A stretch of DNA of 52,488 nt, taken from IMG/VR virus record IMGVR_UViG_2537561830_000002. One strand, written 5' to 3'. Positions 1 to 10,156 of the stretch are shown one piece after another; within the stretch, counting starts at the first letter, position 1; every line of letters starts with the position of its first letter. This DNA comes from a virus. Taxonomy: Duplodnaviria; Heunggongvirae; Uroviricota; Caudoviricetes. The notes under the pieces were generated by a model, which was not told where the DNA came from, did not search any database, and saw only the letters and a list, made by a program, of their open reading frames with translations. The position numbers were made by a program, and so were the translations under genes.

Positions 1-1254
1 ATGCTGGAACAAATGGGCATTGCCGCGAAGCAAGCCTCGTATAAATTAGCGCAACTCTCCAGCCGCGAAAAAAATCGCGTGCTGGAAAAAATCGCCGATG
101 AACTGGAAGCACAAAGCGAAATCATCCTCAACGCTAACGCCCAGGATGTTGCTGACGCGCGTGCCAATGGCCTTGGCGAAGCGATGCTTGACCGTCTGGC
201 ACTGACGCCCGCACGGCTGAAAGGCATTGCCGATGATGTGCGCCAGGTGTGTAACCTCGCCGATCCGGTGGGGCAGGTAATCGATGGCAGCGTACTGGAC
301 AGCGGCCTGCGTCTTGAGCGTCGTCGCGTACCGCTGGGGGTTATTGGCGTGATTTATGAAGCGCGCCCGAACGTGACGGTTGATGTCGCTTCGCTGTGCC
401 TGAAAACCGGTAATGCGGTGATCCTGCGCGGTGGCAAAGAAACGTGTCGCACTAACGCTGCAACGGTGGCGGTGATTCAGGACGCCCTGAAATCCTGCGG
501 CTTACCGGCGGGTGCCGTGCAGGCGATTGATAATCCTGACCGTGCGCTGGTCAGTGAAATGCTGCGTATGGATAAATACATCGACATGCTGATCCCGCGT
601 GGTGGCGCTGGTTTGCATAAACTGTGCCGTGAACAGTCGACAATCCCGGTGATCACAGGTGGTATAGGCGTATGCCATATTTACGTTGATGAAAGTGTAG
701 AGATCGCTGAAGCATTAAAAGTGATCGTCAACGCGAAAACTCAGCGTCCGAGCACATGTAATACGGTTGAAACGTTGCTGGTGAATAAAAACATCGCCGA
801 TAGCTTCCTGCCCGCATTAAGCAAACAAATGGCGGAAAGCGGCGTGACATTACACGCAGATGCAGCTGCACTGGCGCAGTTGCAGGCAGGCCCTGCGAAG
901 GTGGTTGCTGTTAAAGCCGAAGAGTATGACGATGAGTTTCTGTCATTAGATTTGAACGTCAAAATCGTCAGCGATCTTGACGATGCCATCGCCCATATTC
1001 GTGAACACGGCACACAACACTCCGATGCGATCCTGACCCGCGATATGCGCAACGCCCAGCGTTTTGTTAACGAAGTGGATTCGTCCGCTGTTTACGTTAA
1101 CGCCTCTACGCGTTTTACCGACGGCGGCCAGTTTGGTCTGGGTGCGGAAGTGGCGGTAAGCACACAAAAACTCCACGCGCGTGGCCCAATGGGGCTGGAA
1201 GCACTGACCACTTACAAGTGGATCGGCATTGGTGATTACACCATTCGTGCGTAA
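1..1254 (+). CDS. proA: gamma-glutamyl phosphate reductase (full length, 417 aa)
   Basis: [14 protein letters not shown]...GDYTIRA matches E. coli ProA from memory; host-like GC; ends 115 nt upstream of thrW. Confidence 0.95.
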   Translation: MLEQMGIAAKQASYKLAQLSSREKNRVLEKIADELEAQSEIILNANAQDVADARANGLGEAMLDRLALTPARLKGIADDVRQVCNLADPVGQVIDGSVLDSGLRLERRRVPLGVIGVIYEARPNVTVDVASLCLKTGNAVILRGGKETCRTNAATVAVIQDALKSCGLPAGAVQAIDNPDRALVSEMLRMDKYIDMLIPRGGAGLHKLCREQSTIPVITGGIGVCHIYVDESVEIAEALKVIVNAKTQRPSTCNTVETLLVNKNIADSFLPALSKQMAESGVTLHADAAALAQLQAGPAKVVAVKAEEYDDEFLSLDLNVKIVSDLDDAIAHIREHGTQHSDAILTRDMRNAQRFVNEVDSSAVYVNASTRFTDGGQFGLGAEVAVSTQKLHARGPMGLEALTTYKWIGIGDYTIRA

Positions 1255-1368
1255 ATAAAACCGGGTGATGCAAAAGTAGCCATTTGATTCACAAGGCCAT
1301 TGACGCATCGCCCGGTTAGTTTTAACCTTGTCCACCGTGATTCACGTTCGTGAACATGTCCTTTCAGG

Positions 1369-1444
1369 GCCGATATAGCTCAGTTGGTAGAGCAGCGCAT
1401 TCGTAATGCGAAGGTCGTAGGTTCGACTCCTATTATCGGCACCA
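1369..1444 (+). tRNA. thrW: tRNA-Thr (intact, 76 nt, ends CCA)
   Basis: Sequence gccgatatagctcagttggtagagcagcgcattcgtaatgcgaaggtcgtaggttcgactcctattatcggcacca read directly; cloverleaf-compatible; classic P22/SfV-type attB. Confidence 0.9.
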
Positions 1445-1445
1445 T
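1399..1445. repeat. attL core: 47-bp direct repeat (3' part of thrW)
   Basis: attcgtaatgcgaaggtcgtaggttcgactcctattatcggcaccat is repeated exactly at 40857-40903. Confidence 0.85.
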
Positions 1446-1458
1446 TAAAATCAATAAG

Positions 1459-2622
1459 TTACACATCATTAGTACCTTCCTTATTTTTTAACTGGGACAA
1501 ATTTGGGACCGATGGGTTCAGGATCGAGTCTATTTGCCGTGCGTGTTCGGTAAGGTGATTAGGTGCAAGGTGAGCATATCGACGAACCATTTCGATAGAC
1601 TCCCAGCCTCCCATTTCCTGTAACACTGACAACGGGACTCCGGCTTGAACCAGCCAACTTGCCCAGGTGTGTCTCAAGTCGTGAAATCTGAAATCATCAA
1701 TACCAGCCCGTCTCAGCGCCGCTTTCCAGGCTGTGTTTGCGTCATACCGCATCTTCCTTACTGTTGGCGCTTTCGTTCCGTCTGGTTTGGTACAGCTTTC
1801 CTTGTACACAAATACCCAACGGTGATGATTCCCGATTTGTTTTTTCAAAACGCGACATGCAGTATCATTCAGCGCAACGCCAATTGCGCGGTTTGATTTA
1901 CTCTCTTCCGGGTTTATCCATGCCACCCGGCGCTGCATGTCTATTTGTTGCCATTCAAGGTTGATGATGTTCGAGCGTCTTAAGCCTGTTGCCAGTGCAA
2001 ATTCAACAACAGACTTTAATGGCTCCGGACATTCATCAATCAGCCTTTGTGCTTCATGGGGCTCCAGCCAGCGGATCCGTTTATTCTTTGGTTGAGGCAC
2101 TTTAATAATTGGTGCCTTATCCAGCATTTTCCATTCACGCTCTGCGGCTCTTAGTAGGGCCTTTATAAATGAAAGATGCGTAGCCTTCGTTGCAACGGAC
2201 GCTGGTTTTGGCGTGTATTCTGGAACAGGTTTCCCTTTTTTTCTGCATGCTTCTGCCCTGAGTCTCCAGTTTTCCTCATGACGCCGGTTCGTCATTTTCT
2301 GCATTGCTGAATAAATTTTTGATTCAGTAATGTCTCTTAGTTGCATTCCTGCGAAATGTTGAAGCCAGAATCCGATCCGGCTTTTGTCATCGTCCAGTGA
2401 TTTTTTATGTGCTTTCTCTTCAAGCCACCTGACACACGCTTCCTCGAACGTTATATCAGGTATTTCACCAAGTTTGCTGACCCGCCATGCTTCAGCCTTT
2501 AGCTTGTCATGGAGTTCTGTCGCCTGCCTTTTGTCCTTTGTTCCAAGAGACTGTTTAAATCTTTTACCGTTCGGCAATGTGAAACTGGCGTACCATATTT
2601 CACCTCTGCGGAAGAGTGACAT
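1459..2622 (-). CDS. int: tyrosine integrase (P22 Int-like, 387 aa)
   Basis: [22 protein letters not shown]...[17 protein letters not shown]...RYAHL; near-identical to P22 Int from memory; RBS AGAGGAAAG upstream. Confidence 0.95.
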   Translation of the reverse strand: MSLFRRGEIWYASFTLPNGKRFKQSLGTKDKRQATELHDKLKAEAWRVSKLGEIPDITFEEACVRWLEEKAHKKSLDDDKSRIGFWLQHFAGMQLRDITESKIYSAMQKMTNRRHEENWRLRAEACRKKGKPVPEYTPKPASVATKATHLSFIKALLRAAEREWKMLDKAPIIKVPQPKNKRIRWLEPHEAQRLIDECPEPLKSVVEFALATGLRRSNIINLEWQQIDMQRRVAWINPEESKSNRAIGVALNDTACRVLKKQIGNHHRWVFVYKESCTKPDGTKAPTVRKMRYDANTAWKAALRRAGIDDFRFHDLRHTWASWLVQAGVPLSVLQEMGGWESIEMVRRYAHLAPNHLTEHARQIDSILNPSVPNLSQLKNKEGTNDV

Positions 2623-2849
2623 TTTCTTTCCTCTGTTATGCCATCACCCGCGCTCACCTGGACAGTATGCAGCGGAGACTGAAGAGCCGCAATGCAGGCT
2701 TGTCGTGTTGTGAGGTAAGGAGATTTATTCTTAGTGGGATCTTTGCGTGTTGCCTGAAGACGCCCTGTGCGTATCCAGTTAATGGCAGTCGGTCTGGATA
2801 TCTTGAGAAAATGACAGGCCTCATCGAGTGTGAGGCTGTATGGCTCCAT
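2499..2849 (-). CDS. xis: excisionase (P22 Xis-like, 116 aa)
   Basis: Internal Met start [33 protein letters not shown]; 3' end overlaps int start as in P22/lambda. Confidence 0.85.
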   Translation of the reverse strand: MEPYSLTLDEACHFLKISRPTAINWIRTGRLQATRKDPTKNKSPYLTTRQACIAALQSPLHTVQVSAGDGITEERKCHSSAEVKYGTPVSHCRTVKDLNSLLEQRTKGRRQNSMTS

Positions 2850-3154
2850 TATTTCACCTCTTGCTGTGACATTGTTGAAAAATGGATACCAGCTCGTTGC
2901 TGCCAGACGATCCAACCGAGAGTCATATCCCATGCCATGTATTCGTTATCGCCGTTTTTTGCTCTCCGACGATCTACTAAGTCACCGAAACGCTTTTCCA
3001 TGAATAATTCATAAGCTTCGCGTTCATCTGGTTCTACTTCCAGAGATAGGAGTGCGATTTCATAAGCACGGCGCTCAATATCGTCTCGCACGTCAAGGCT
3101 GCTGATACGCTCTTTAATTTCTTTAATCAGTTCTTTGTCGGTAAAAGTGGTCAT
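2849..3154 (-). CDS. hypothetical early-left protein (101 aa)
   Basis: ORF whose stop overlaps the xis start by 1 nt and whose start overlaps the upstream stop; acidic helical sequence. Confidence 0.55.
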   Translation of the reverse strand: MTTFTDKELIKEIKERISSLDVRDDIERRAYEIALLSLEVEPDEREAYELFMEKRFGDLVDRRRAKNGDNEYMAWDMTLGWIVWQQRAGIHFSTMSQQEVK

Positions 3155-3516
3155 TATGCTCCAGCCTCCGGTGCTTTTGGCATTACTGCCCAGTGAGTGA
3201 TATTGACGTTTTCAAGGTCCCCGACCTGAAATGTCCACTGCCATTCTCCGGTTTCTTTTTGTCCCCAGGTGTACCAGAGAGAACGCCAACCAATTAGCCA
3301 GCCTTCTCCGTTAGCATCGAATAACAAAACACTTTCATTTGCTGGTGGCAGTTCAGTTGACACTGGTATTACTTTGTTTTCCTGTGCTGCACATTTAGCT
3401 TCAAGCGCATCGAATTTACGCACCAGGTATTCAGCATCTGTTTCATTTACTTTCAGATCTCGCGGTACACATCTCCCACGAAGAAACCCTTCCATTTCGA
3501 AAACATTCATGCGCAT
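3154..3516 (-). CDS. hypothetical early-left protein (120 aa)
   Basis: Tightly packed in the leftward operon; Trp-rich C-terminus typical of small lambdoid early proteins. Confidence 0.6.
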   Translation of the reverse strand: MRMNVFEMEGFLRGRCVPRDLKVNETDAEYLVRKFDALEAKCAAQENKVIPVSTELPPANESVLLFDANGEGWLIGWRSLWYTWGQKETGEWQWTFQVGDLENVNITHWAVMPKAPEAGA

Positions 3517-4043
3517 TTGCGTAACTCCGATAACTCGTTAAAGCGTTCCATAAACATCCCGTAGGCATGGCCCGGTGCCAGTGGAATCACGTTGAACATC
3601 TCTGTTGCCGGGATACCTTCCAGTACAGGCCAGAAAGAGCCATCATCAAGCCCGAGATCGCGGCGTTCGGTTGCCAGCATGATGAGATCGGCATATTTCA
3701 CGGGCGTACTCATAACTGGGGGTAACCCGTATTTCTCACGGATTACGGCGTCTATTTTTTCTTCCATTTGTTTATAGTCAGGAAGAAGGCGTTTCAGTGG
3801 TGCGGGAATGTCCTGGCAATACGCTTCTGTTGCATCATGCATTAACGCTTCAAAAGCAAATTCCTGCGGCACCAACTGGCTGCAAAGAACCGCATGTTGG
3901 GCGACGCTGTAGAAGTGCGAAAGATGACCGGCAAAGCGACAGATATTTGAAAGGGAAACCGCGATATCGTTAATATCGATGTCGTCTTTATTTATCCTGT
4001 CATAATAAAAATGCTTCCCGGAAAAAGTTTTAATAAATGACAT
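3507..4043 (-). CDS. HD-domain phosphohydrolase / 5'-deoxynucleotidase (YfdR-like)
   Basis: MSFIKTFSGKHFYYDRINKDD...HDATEAYCQDIPAPLKRLLPDY; matches CPS-53 YfdR from memory; ATG at 4041-4043 with GGAGAA RBS. Confidence 0.8.
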   Translation of the reverse strand: MSFIKTFSGKHFYYDRINKDDIDINDIAVSLSNICRFAGHLSHFYSVAQHAVLCSQLVPQEFAFEALMHDATEAYCQDIPAPLKRLLPDYKQMEEKIDAVIREKYGLPPVMSTPVKYADLIMLATERRDLGLDDGSFWPVLEGIPATEMFNVIPLAPGHAYGMFMERFNELSELRKCA

Positions 4044-4170
4044 TTTGTTCTCCACGTATATGCGCTGCACCGCGCTGAATTTTGGTTAAAGAAAACCCTC
4101 GCCATCAGGCGATTATTGAGTTAATTACGTTTCCATAAATGCCCCCGCAGGGGCATTTGCAGTAATGAAA

Positions 4171-4995
4171 TCAGGCGGTGAAAGTACCAATAAAGGTTTC
4201 TACTTTGCTGTCTTTGAATTTTTCAACAAGCAGATTACGAAATTCGTTAGCCATTTCTTCCTGTACTGCTTCCAGCTGAATAATGCGCAGAACCAGTACA
4301 GGGCGATCACCAGTGATAATGCTGAGGCGTAATTTAAACGGACGTTCTTTCAGGCCTTCAAACGGAACGCATTTAAACTCAAATGCTACTGGCATAATGT
4401 CTTTAGTTTTCGCTTCGACAGACTCCATCAGAGAGCGTTTGCCGCTGAAGTCATTGTCTTCAAAATCAGCGGTCTGGTTTGCTTCAATCGTGATTTTACG
4501 GACCGCCGCAGCCGCTTTTGTTGCCTGAATGGCGTCACCATTAGCATCAAAGCCCACAAGGTAGTCGGCCCAGTCTTCAATCCATTCTGCCAGTGACTTC
4601 TGGGAGTTACGCTCGCCGTTAACAGACAACAGGGCAGAGAACGGTGCTGTCTTTTTCAGTTTGAGAGTGGCGGTGTTATCTGCGTGACCTGGTTCATCAA
4701 TAGTACCCAGGTTAAGCACACTGACGGCTCGCATATTATCAGCATCGATAAAGCAGCGGGTGCCTTCATCTGCAAGATCTTTAGAATAACGGGTAAAGTC
4801 ATCGATGCTGGCAGTGGAAAGCGCACCACGGAAACGGAAGCGATTTAAATTAAATTTTTCCAGATCATGAATGCGGAAATTCTCAGGCAATGCCACAGCA
4901 TCGGCACCAATCTTACTGATAATTTCATTAACACCCTGAGCAGAAATAAGGGCATGGATTTGATTAATTGCGGTTGCGTCTAAGTTCTGAGACAT
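4171..4995 (-). CDS. YfdQ-like protein (DUF2303 family, 274 aa)
   Basis: [22 protein letters not shown]...; recalled as the CPS-53 YfdQ family; GAGGA RBS. Confidence 0.75.
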   Translation of the reverse strand: MSQNLDATAINQIHALISAQGVNEIISKIGADAVALPENFRIHDLEKFNLNRFRFRGALSTASIDDFTRYSKDLADEGTRCFIDADNMRAVSVLNLGTIDEPGHADNTATLKLKKTAPFSALLSVNGERNSQKSLAEWIEDWADYLVGFDANGDAIQATKAAAAVRKITIEANQTADFEDNDFSGKRSLMESVEAKTKDIMPVAFEFKCVPFEGLKERPFKLRLSIITGDRPVLVLRIIQLEAVQEEMANEFRNLLVEKFKDSKVETFIGTFTA

Positions 4996-5060
4996 AATAA
5001 GTCCTCACTATATAAAGATATTCAGTGATGAGATAAATAATCAGTTAATTAAAAACGATA

Positions 5061-5423
5061 TTAACGACCTGCTGCGCGGAGTTTTCCGTCAGGTTCACCG
5101 GCAAGAGTCAGTAACTGTCCCTGGTCTTCCTGCAGAATAGTCAGGCGACCACCGCGATTGACATACATCGGCGTTTCGGTGGTGTCTTCTTCGGAAATTT
5201 TCCCGCGGTTAGTCGGGCGAACATATGAGAGTTTGTGTTTGATTTTCACACGGTTCTCATCAAATGGTTCGATTTCCAGGTTGAGTGAGACCTTACCTTT
5301 GGTTTTCGTGTTCATCACACCGGAAGCGACTTCACTGAGAACTGCGCCGATTTTGGTTTCAAATACGCCGCCGTCCAGCTCCCCGATAAATGCCTGCACA
5401 TCAGTACTGCGTTCGCTAGCCAT
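5061..5423 (-). CDS. YfdP-like protein (120 aa)
   Basis: Internal Met MASERSTDVQAFIGELDGGVFETKIG with GAGGAG RBS; the longer 197-aa ORF has a low-complexity N-terminal extension and is rejected. Confidence 0.7.
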   Translation of the reverse strand: MASERSTDVQAFIGELDGGVFETKIGAVLSEVASGVMNTKTKGKVSLNLEIEPFDENRVKIKHKLSYVRPTNRGKISEEDTTETPMYVNRGGRLTILQEDQGQLLTLAGEPDGKLRAAGR

Positions 5424-6029
5424 TTTGCTGCTCCTCATCATATCGACCCTGTAAGGTCGGTTAGTTTCTCCACAAAACAGAGAAGAACACCTGCGGTGGC
5501 AGCCGCCCGGATGGATTGGGTTATGAGCCCGTCGTCCGGTGATGCTCTTCTCTGTTTTGTAAAAAGAGCGGTACCAGCCGGAAGCAAGGGTACAAACTGG
5601 TACCGCCAAAGCAGTGGCTGTTGTGGTGGGGTTGTCACTCAGGCGTATGGTCAACCTGACAATCCGGTGTCCTCAACGGGGAAAGAGTAACCCCGCCATA
5701 CTTACCGCCGCGCCATTTCGCGGATTACCACAACGCTGAGAGCACTTAGCCAGTTACGGCACCACACTTTGTCGCGGCTCCATAAATGCCCTCATCGTTG
5801 CACCCTGGTCTCTTCCCAGGCGTCAAACCGAATCGCCACGCTGGTTAGGCGTCTTATCAGCATCATCATTGACTTGCACATTCCGGCTACCTGGTTTGTT
5901 TGCCCGAGCAAGGAGTGGATTGTCCCCTTTAACGTCCCCAGACCGCTAACGACGCATGTGCCATACGCCGTGTTACAACCAAATTTTGTTAGTACCTTGT
6001 TTGTTTGTCTGGAAAGAAAGATAAAATGA

Positions 6030-6080
6030 AGTTGCGCATTATGCAAGTGTTTTTGTTGCGAGATATGCAATTTAAAGGGT
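6030..6080 (-). promoter_or_regulatory. candidate oL/pL operator-promoter region
   Basis: Imperfect palindromes of the TTGCG...GCAA type, similar to those between the repressor and cro genes; position left of the repressor terminator. Confidence 0.35.
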
Positions 6081-6105
6081 AATGAAAAGCCACCTTTGGG
6101 TGGCT
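6081..6105 (-). terminator. rho-independent terminator after the repressor gene
   Basis: GC stem agccacc/ggtggct with a 3-nt loop, followed on the minus strand by TTTTCATT. Confidence 0.5.
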
Positions 6106-6125
6106 AATTGATGAGGAGGTAAGGG

Positions 6126-6818
6126 TTAATTGTGTCGCTTAAGGGTTTGTGACTGGCTGATTAAGACCTTTCCAAAGACCATAAACCGGTGTTCATTTTC
6201 GCTGGTAATTCCCCATTCACGGTAAATCTGGTTATCAGAAATCACCAGTAGTTTGTCAGGTATCATTTGCAGTCGTTTGACATAAATTTTATCATCAAAA
6301 CCAAATACATAGATACCATCTCCATCAAACTGATTGATACTGACATCAACGAAGATGAGATCTCCTGGCTCAATGGTTGGACACATACTGTCCCCACGAA
6401 CGTTGATAACTTTAATGTGATTGGCTGGCCGTCCGCCAAACATCGATACAGCATTATCAGTTCTGTATTCAATGGCATGAATCACATCAATGACATCACC
6501 GCCCTGGATAAGGCCATTTCCCGCACTGGCACTGACATCCAGCATTTCAATACGGAATACATCCTTCACCTGCGCAACATCCTCACTAATACTGTTTTTA
6601 CATACAGTATTACTTTTGACGTCTGAGGTAAAGAGATCAGCAATATCAACACCTAAGCTCCTGGCAATATTACTCAGGGCTTGTTCAGTGAATTGTTTCT
6701 GCTTACCTGTTTCCAGGCGTGAGATATTCGCCGCATCCACTCCTATTGCTTCAGCGAGATCGGCGATTTTCATGTTCTTCGCCTGGCGAAGTTGTCTGAC
6801 TCGGTTTCCTATGTTCAT
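6126..6818 (-). CDS. CI-type repressor (HTH plus S24 LexA-like peptidase domain)
   Basis: N-terminal HTH (KIADLAEAIGVDAANISRLETGK), Ala-Gly cleavage site, GDSM serine and downstream lysine of the autocleavage dyad. Confidence 0.9.
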   Translation of the reverse strand: MNIGNRVRQLRQAKNMKIADLAEAIGVDAANISRLETGKQKQFTEQALSNIARSLGVDIADLFTSDVKSNTVCKNSISEDVAQVKDVFRIEMLDVSASAGNGLIQGGDVIDVIHAIEYRTDNAVSMFGGRPANHIKVINVRGDSMCPTIEPGDLIFVDVSINQFDGDGIYVFGFDDKIYVKRLQMIPDKLLVISDNQIYREWGITSENEHRFMVFGKVLISQSQTLKRHN

Positions 6819-6915
6819 GCGTTTATTACATTTCTTTAATGCGCGTTAAGCAAATCAACTTGCGCAAAATATTTGCGTGAAATAATATGCTCATCACGCA
6901 ATATGTGGAGGTCAT
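6819..6915. promoter_or_regulatory. oR / pR-pRM divergent operator-promoter region
   Basis: Intergenic region between divergent repressor and cro genes containing near-palindrome CGCAAAATATTTGCG and a related repeat. Confidence 0.5.
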
Positions 6916-7176
6916 ATGCAATCACCATTACGGAATGTGCGTAAGGCGCACGGATTTACTTTGCAGCATGTTGCTGCTGGCGTTCAGGTCAATCCAGCGA
7001 CGCTGAGTCGTATTGAAAGACTGGAACAAATTCCATCTATCGATCTTGCAGAACGTCTGGCCAATTTTTTTAAGGGTGAAATCAGCGAAATGCAGATTCT
7101 TTATCCGGCACGTTTTCAATCTAGCCAAAACCAGAATGGGTTTAAACCACAGGAACAGGAGGTAAGCCGTGGGTAA
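6916..7176 (+). CDS. Cro-like HTH regulator (86 aa)
   Basis: HTH GFTLQHVAAGVQVNPATLSRIER; divergent from repressor; GGAGG RBS. Confidence 0.8.
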   Translation: MQSPLRNVRKAHGFTLQHVAAGVQVNPATLSRIERLEQIPSIDLAERLANFFKGEISEMQILYPARFQSSQNQNGFKPQEQEVSRG

Positions 7177-7726
7177 TCATCACTGGAAAGTGGAAAAACA
7201 GCCTGAGTGGTACGTGAAAGCTGTCAGAAAAACTATCGCGGCGTTGCCGGGGGGTTACGCTGAAGCTGCTGAGTGGCTGGATGTAACAGAGAACGCATTA
7301 TTTAACCGCCTTCGTGCCGATGGCGATCAGATTTTCCCGCTGGGATGGGCAATGATTTTACAACGTGCTGGTGGCACTCACTTCATTGCCGACGCTGTGG
7401 CGCAGTCTGCAAATGGCGTCTTTGTGTCTCTTCCTGACGTCGAGGATGTGGACAATGCCGATATTAACCAGCGTTTACTGGAAGTCATTGAACAGATCGG
7501 CAGTTATTCAAAACAGATTCGTTCGGCAATCGAAGACGGTGTAGTGGAACCGCATGAGAAGACAGCAATTAACGACGAGCTGTACCTCTCAATTTCGAAG
7601 CTGCAGGAGCATGCAGCACTTGTCTACAAAATTTTTTGCGTTTCAGAAAGTAATGACGCCCGCGAGTGTGCAGCTCCGGGCGTCGTGGCGTCGATTGCTT
7701 CTGGTTGTGGAGAAACTAACGCATGA
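7169..7726 (+). CDS. CII-like phage regulatory protein (CP76-type), GTG start
   Basis: Position immediately after cro; AGGAGG RBS 7 nt upstream of the GTG; family assignment is from recollection only. Confidence 0.65.
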   Translation: MGNHHWKVEKQPEWYVKAVRKTIAALPGGYAEAAEWLDVTENALFNRLRADGDQIFPLGWAMILQRAGGTHFIADAVAQSANGVFVSLPDVEDVDNADINQRLLEVIEQIGSYSKQIRSAIEDGVVEPHEKTAINDELYLSISKLQEHAALVYKIFCVSESNDARECAAPGVVASIASGCGETNA

Positions 7727-8081
7727 ACAGTTTAACAACACACTACCGTCGCTCGCAACTGATTGCGCTTCCTGTACCGGGTGGAAAAGCGAAGGTAGAG
7801 TATTGCTATGCAGTAAATGTACCAGGTGACAGGGAAATTGTAACCCACAGCTTTGCAGAGTGGGCTGTGGGTGATTTCAACCGGCAGAAGGAGACAGTCC
7901 TTTGCGACAAGTTAACCGCTGGTTCAAAGATCACTACGGAGTGCCCGTCAGAGTCATTCGTTGGGAGCCGGAAACACAACGGGTTATCTACCTCCGTGAA
8001 GGCTATGAGCATGAGTGCTTCAGCCCGCTCGAACAGTTTCGTCGTAAATTCAGGGAAATAGAGGTCGGTCATGAGCACTAA
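7723..8081 (+). CDS. small gene(s) in two frames: possible frameshifted gene or two small ORFs
   Basis: ATGA-coupled ORF from 7723 turns Ser-rich after about 7900, while the -1 frame (TTG 7902 to TAA 8081, preceded by GAAGGAGA) encodes a well-composed peptide [23 protein letters not shown]... Confidence 0.3.
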
Positions 8082-9012
8082 ATTAACCGGCTATGTATGG
8101 GATGGTTGCGCTGCGTCAGGCATGAAATTATCCAGCGTGGCAATTATGGCCCGCCTGGCTGATTTCAGTAATGACGAAGGTGTGTGCTGGCCATCAATTG
8201 AAACCATTGCCCGTCAGATTGGCGCGGGGATGAGTACCGTCAGAACGGCTATCGCACGGCTGGAAGCAGAAGGCTGGTTAACGCGTAAGGCGCGTCGCCA
8301 GGGTAACCGCAATGCGTCGAATGTTTATCAGCTTAACGTTGCGAAGCTTCAGGCAGCGGCATTTTCTCAACTGTCAGATTCTGACCCGTCAAAATCTGAC
8401 GCATCAAAATCTGACCCGTCAAAATTTGATGCGTCGAAATCTGGCAAAAAAGCGGGTTTTCACCCGTCAGAATCTGGCGGGGATCCGTCAGTAAAATCAA
8501 AACATGATCCGTCAGATAAAAAAACTTCTCGTCCGGACGCTTCGCAACCGGACACGCAGACGGCTGAACAGGAGTTTTTAACTCGCCATCCTGATGCGGT
8601 TGTATTCAGCCCTAAAAAGCGCCAGTGGGGGACGCAGGATGATTTGACCTGCGCACAGTGGCTCTGGAAAAAAATCATCGCCCTGTACGAGCAGGCTGCC
8701 GAATGTGACGGCGAGGTGGTTCGTCCCAAAGAACCGAACTGGACAGCCTGGGCAAACGAAATTCGCCTGATGTGTGTGCAGGATGGTCGTACTCACAAAC
8801 AAATCTGCGAGATGTACAGCCGCGTCAGCCGCGATCCGTTCTGGTGCCGTAACGTGCTCAGCCCGTCGAAGCTGCGGGAAAAATGGGATGAGCTTTCCCT
8901 GCGCTTATCGCCGTCCGTAAGCACGTACACCGAAAAACGCGAAGACCCGTACTTCAAATCCAGTTACGACAACGTGGACTACAGCCAGATCCCGGCAGGA
9001 TTCAGGGGGTGA
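8071..9012 (+). CDS. replication initiation protein (lambda O-like) with internal iteron region
   Basis: N-terminal winged-helix region, central SDSDPSKSDASKSDPSKFDASKSG repeat encoded by iterons, C-terminal domain. Confidence 0.8.
   Translation: MSTKLTGYVWDGCAASGMKLSSVAIMARLADFSNDEGVCWPSIETIARQIGAGMSTVRTAIARLEAEGWLTRKARRQGNRNASNVYQLNVAKLQAAAFSQLSDSDPSKSDASKSDPSKFDASKSGKKAGFHPSESGGDPSVKSKHDPSDKKTSRPDASQPDTQTAEQEFLTRHPDAVVFSPKKRQWGTQDDLTCAQWLWKKIIALYEQAAECDGEVVRPKEPNWTAWANEIRLMCVQDGRTHKQICEMYSRVSRDPFWCRNVLSPSKLREKWDELSLRLSPSVSTYTEKREDPYFKSSYDNVDYSQIPAGFRG
8371..8525. repeat. iterons (candidate replication origin) within the O-like gene
   Basis: About 7 copies of a ~15-bp unit ccgtcaaaatctgac and variants at regular spacing. 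Confidence 0.6.
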
Positions 9013-9014
9013 TT

Positions 9015-9503
9015 ATGAGTCTTTTGAATGAAGTTCAGAAATTCATTGAAGCCCATCCGGGGTGTACTTCCGGAGACATTGCGGATGCTTTTGCTGGTTA
9101 CTCACGGCAGCGCGTTCTGCAGTCAGCAAGCAAGTTACGTCAGAGTGGGCGTGTGGCTCACCGTTGTGAAGGGGATACACGCAGACATTTCCCGCGCCTG
9201 ACTGAGAGAGCGCAGGATCCGGAACCACAACCAGTTCGTGAAACCAGACCTGTGCGCAATTTCTATGTCGGCACTAACGACCCGCGGGTGATTTTGTGCC
9301 TGACCCGCCAGGCGGAAGAACTGGAGTCCAGGGGCTTATACCGTCGTGCTGCAACGGTGTGGATGGCGGCATTCCGTGAAAGCCACTCCCAGCCAGAACG
9401 AAACAATTTTCTGGCGCGTCGTGAACGGTGTTTACGGAAAAGCAGTAAGCGGGCTGCATCAGGTGAAGAGTGGTATCTCTCAGGGAATTACGTGGGGGCT
9501 TAA
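9015..9503 (+). CDS. hypothetical DNA-binding/regulatory protein (163 aa)
   Basis: ATG just after the O-like stop; N-terminal winged-helix-like segment; arginine-rich C-terminus; family uncertain. Confidence 0.5.
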   Translation: MSLLNEVQKFIEAHPGCTSGDIADAFAGYSRQRVLQSASKLRQSGRVAHRCEGDTRRHFPRLTERAQDPEPQPVRETRPVRNFYVGTNDPRVILCLTRQAEELESRGLYRRAATVWMAAFRESHSQPERNNFLARRERCLRKSSKRAASGEEWYLSGNYVGA

Positions 9504-10156
9504 TGAGTAATAAATATTGCCAGGCGCTGGTGGAACTGCGGAACAAACCAGCCCATGAACTGAAGGAAGTGGGCGATCAGTGGCGCACGCCGGACAACAT
9601 TTTCTGGGGAATTAACACCCTGTTTGGCCCGTTTGTTCTGGATCTGTTCACTGACGGTGATAACGCCAAATGTGCTGCGTATTACACGGCGGAAGACAAC
9701 GCGCTGGCGCATGACTGGTCAGAACGCCTTGCGGAGCTTAAAGGTGCTGCCTTTGGTAATCCCCCATACAGCCGCGCCAGTCAGCATGAGGGGCAATACA
9801 TCACCGGCATGCGTTACATCATGAAGCATGCCAGTGCCATGCGTGATAAAGGCGGGCGCTATGTTTTCCTGATCAAAGCTGCCACCAGCGAAGTGTGGTG
9901 GCCGGAAGATGCAGATCATATTGCTTTTATTCGCGGGCGTATTGGTTTTGAACTGCCTGCCTGGTTTATCCCGAAGGATGAGAAGCAGGTGCCGACAGGC
10001 GCTTTCTTCGCTGGTGCTATTGCTGTTTTCGACAAGACCTGGAAGGGACCGGCAATCAGCTACATCGGGCGCGATGAACTTGAGGCATGTGGTGAGGCCT
10101 TTCTGGCGCAGGTTCGCCATCAGGCAGAAAAACTGGTCAGGGAGATGGCGGCATGA
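9503..10156 (+). CDS. orphan phage DNA N6-adenine methyltransferase
   Basis: FGNPPYS catalytic motif; TAATG overlap with the upstream gene; no partner endonuclease nearby. Confidence 0.85.
   Translation: MSNKYCQALVELRNKPAHELKEVGDQWRTPDNIFWGINTLFGPFVLDLFTDGDNAKCAAYYTAEDNALAHDWSERLAELKGAAFGNPPYSRASQHEGQYITGMRYIMKHASAMRDKGGRYVFLIKAATSEVWWPEDADHIAFIRGRIGFELPAWFIPKDEKQVPTGAFFAGAIAVFDKTWKGPAISYIGRDELEACGEAFLAQVRHQAEKLVREMAA

Noticed and set aside
741-1335. Two minus-strand ORFs (103 and 129 aa) overlapping proA
   Set aside because: Antisense to a well-supported full-length proA; no independent support.
5061-5654. Long 197-aa version of the YfdP-like ORF, and the 86-aa plus-strand ORF at 5769-6029
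   Set aside because: The N-terminal extension is low-complexity with no RBS while the internal ATG at 5423 has a GAGGAG site; the 5769 ORF lies in the structured non-coding leader, is Cys/His/Arg-rich and lacks an RBS.
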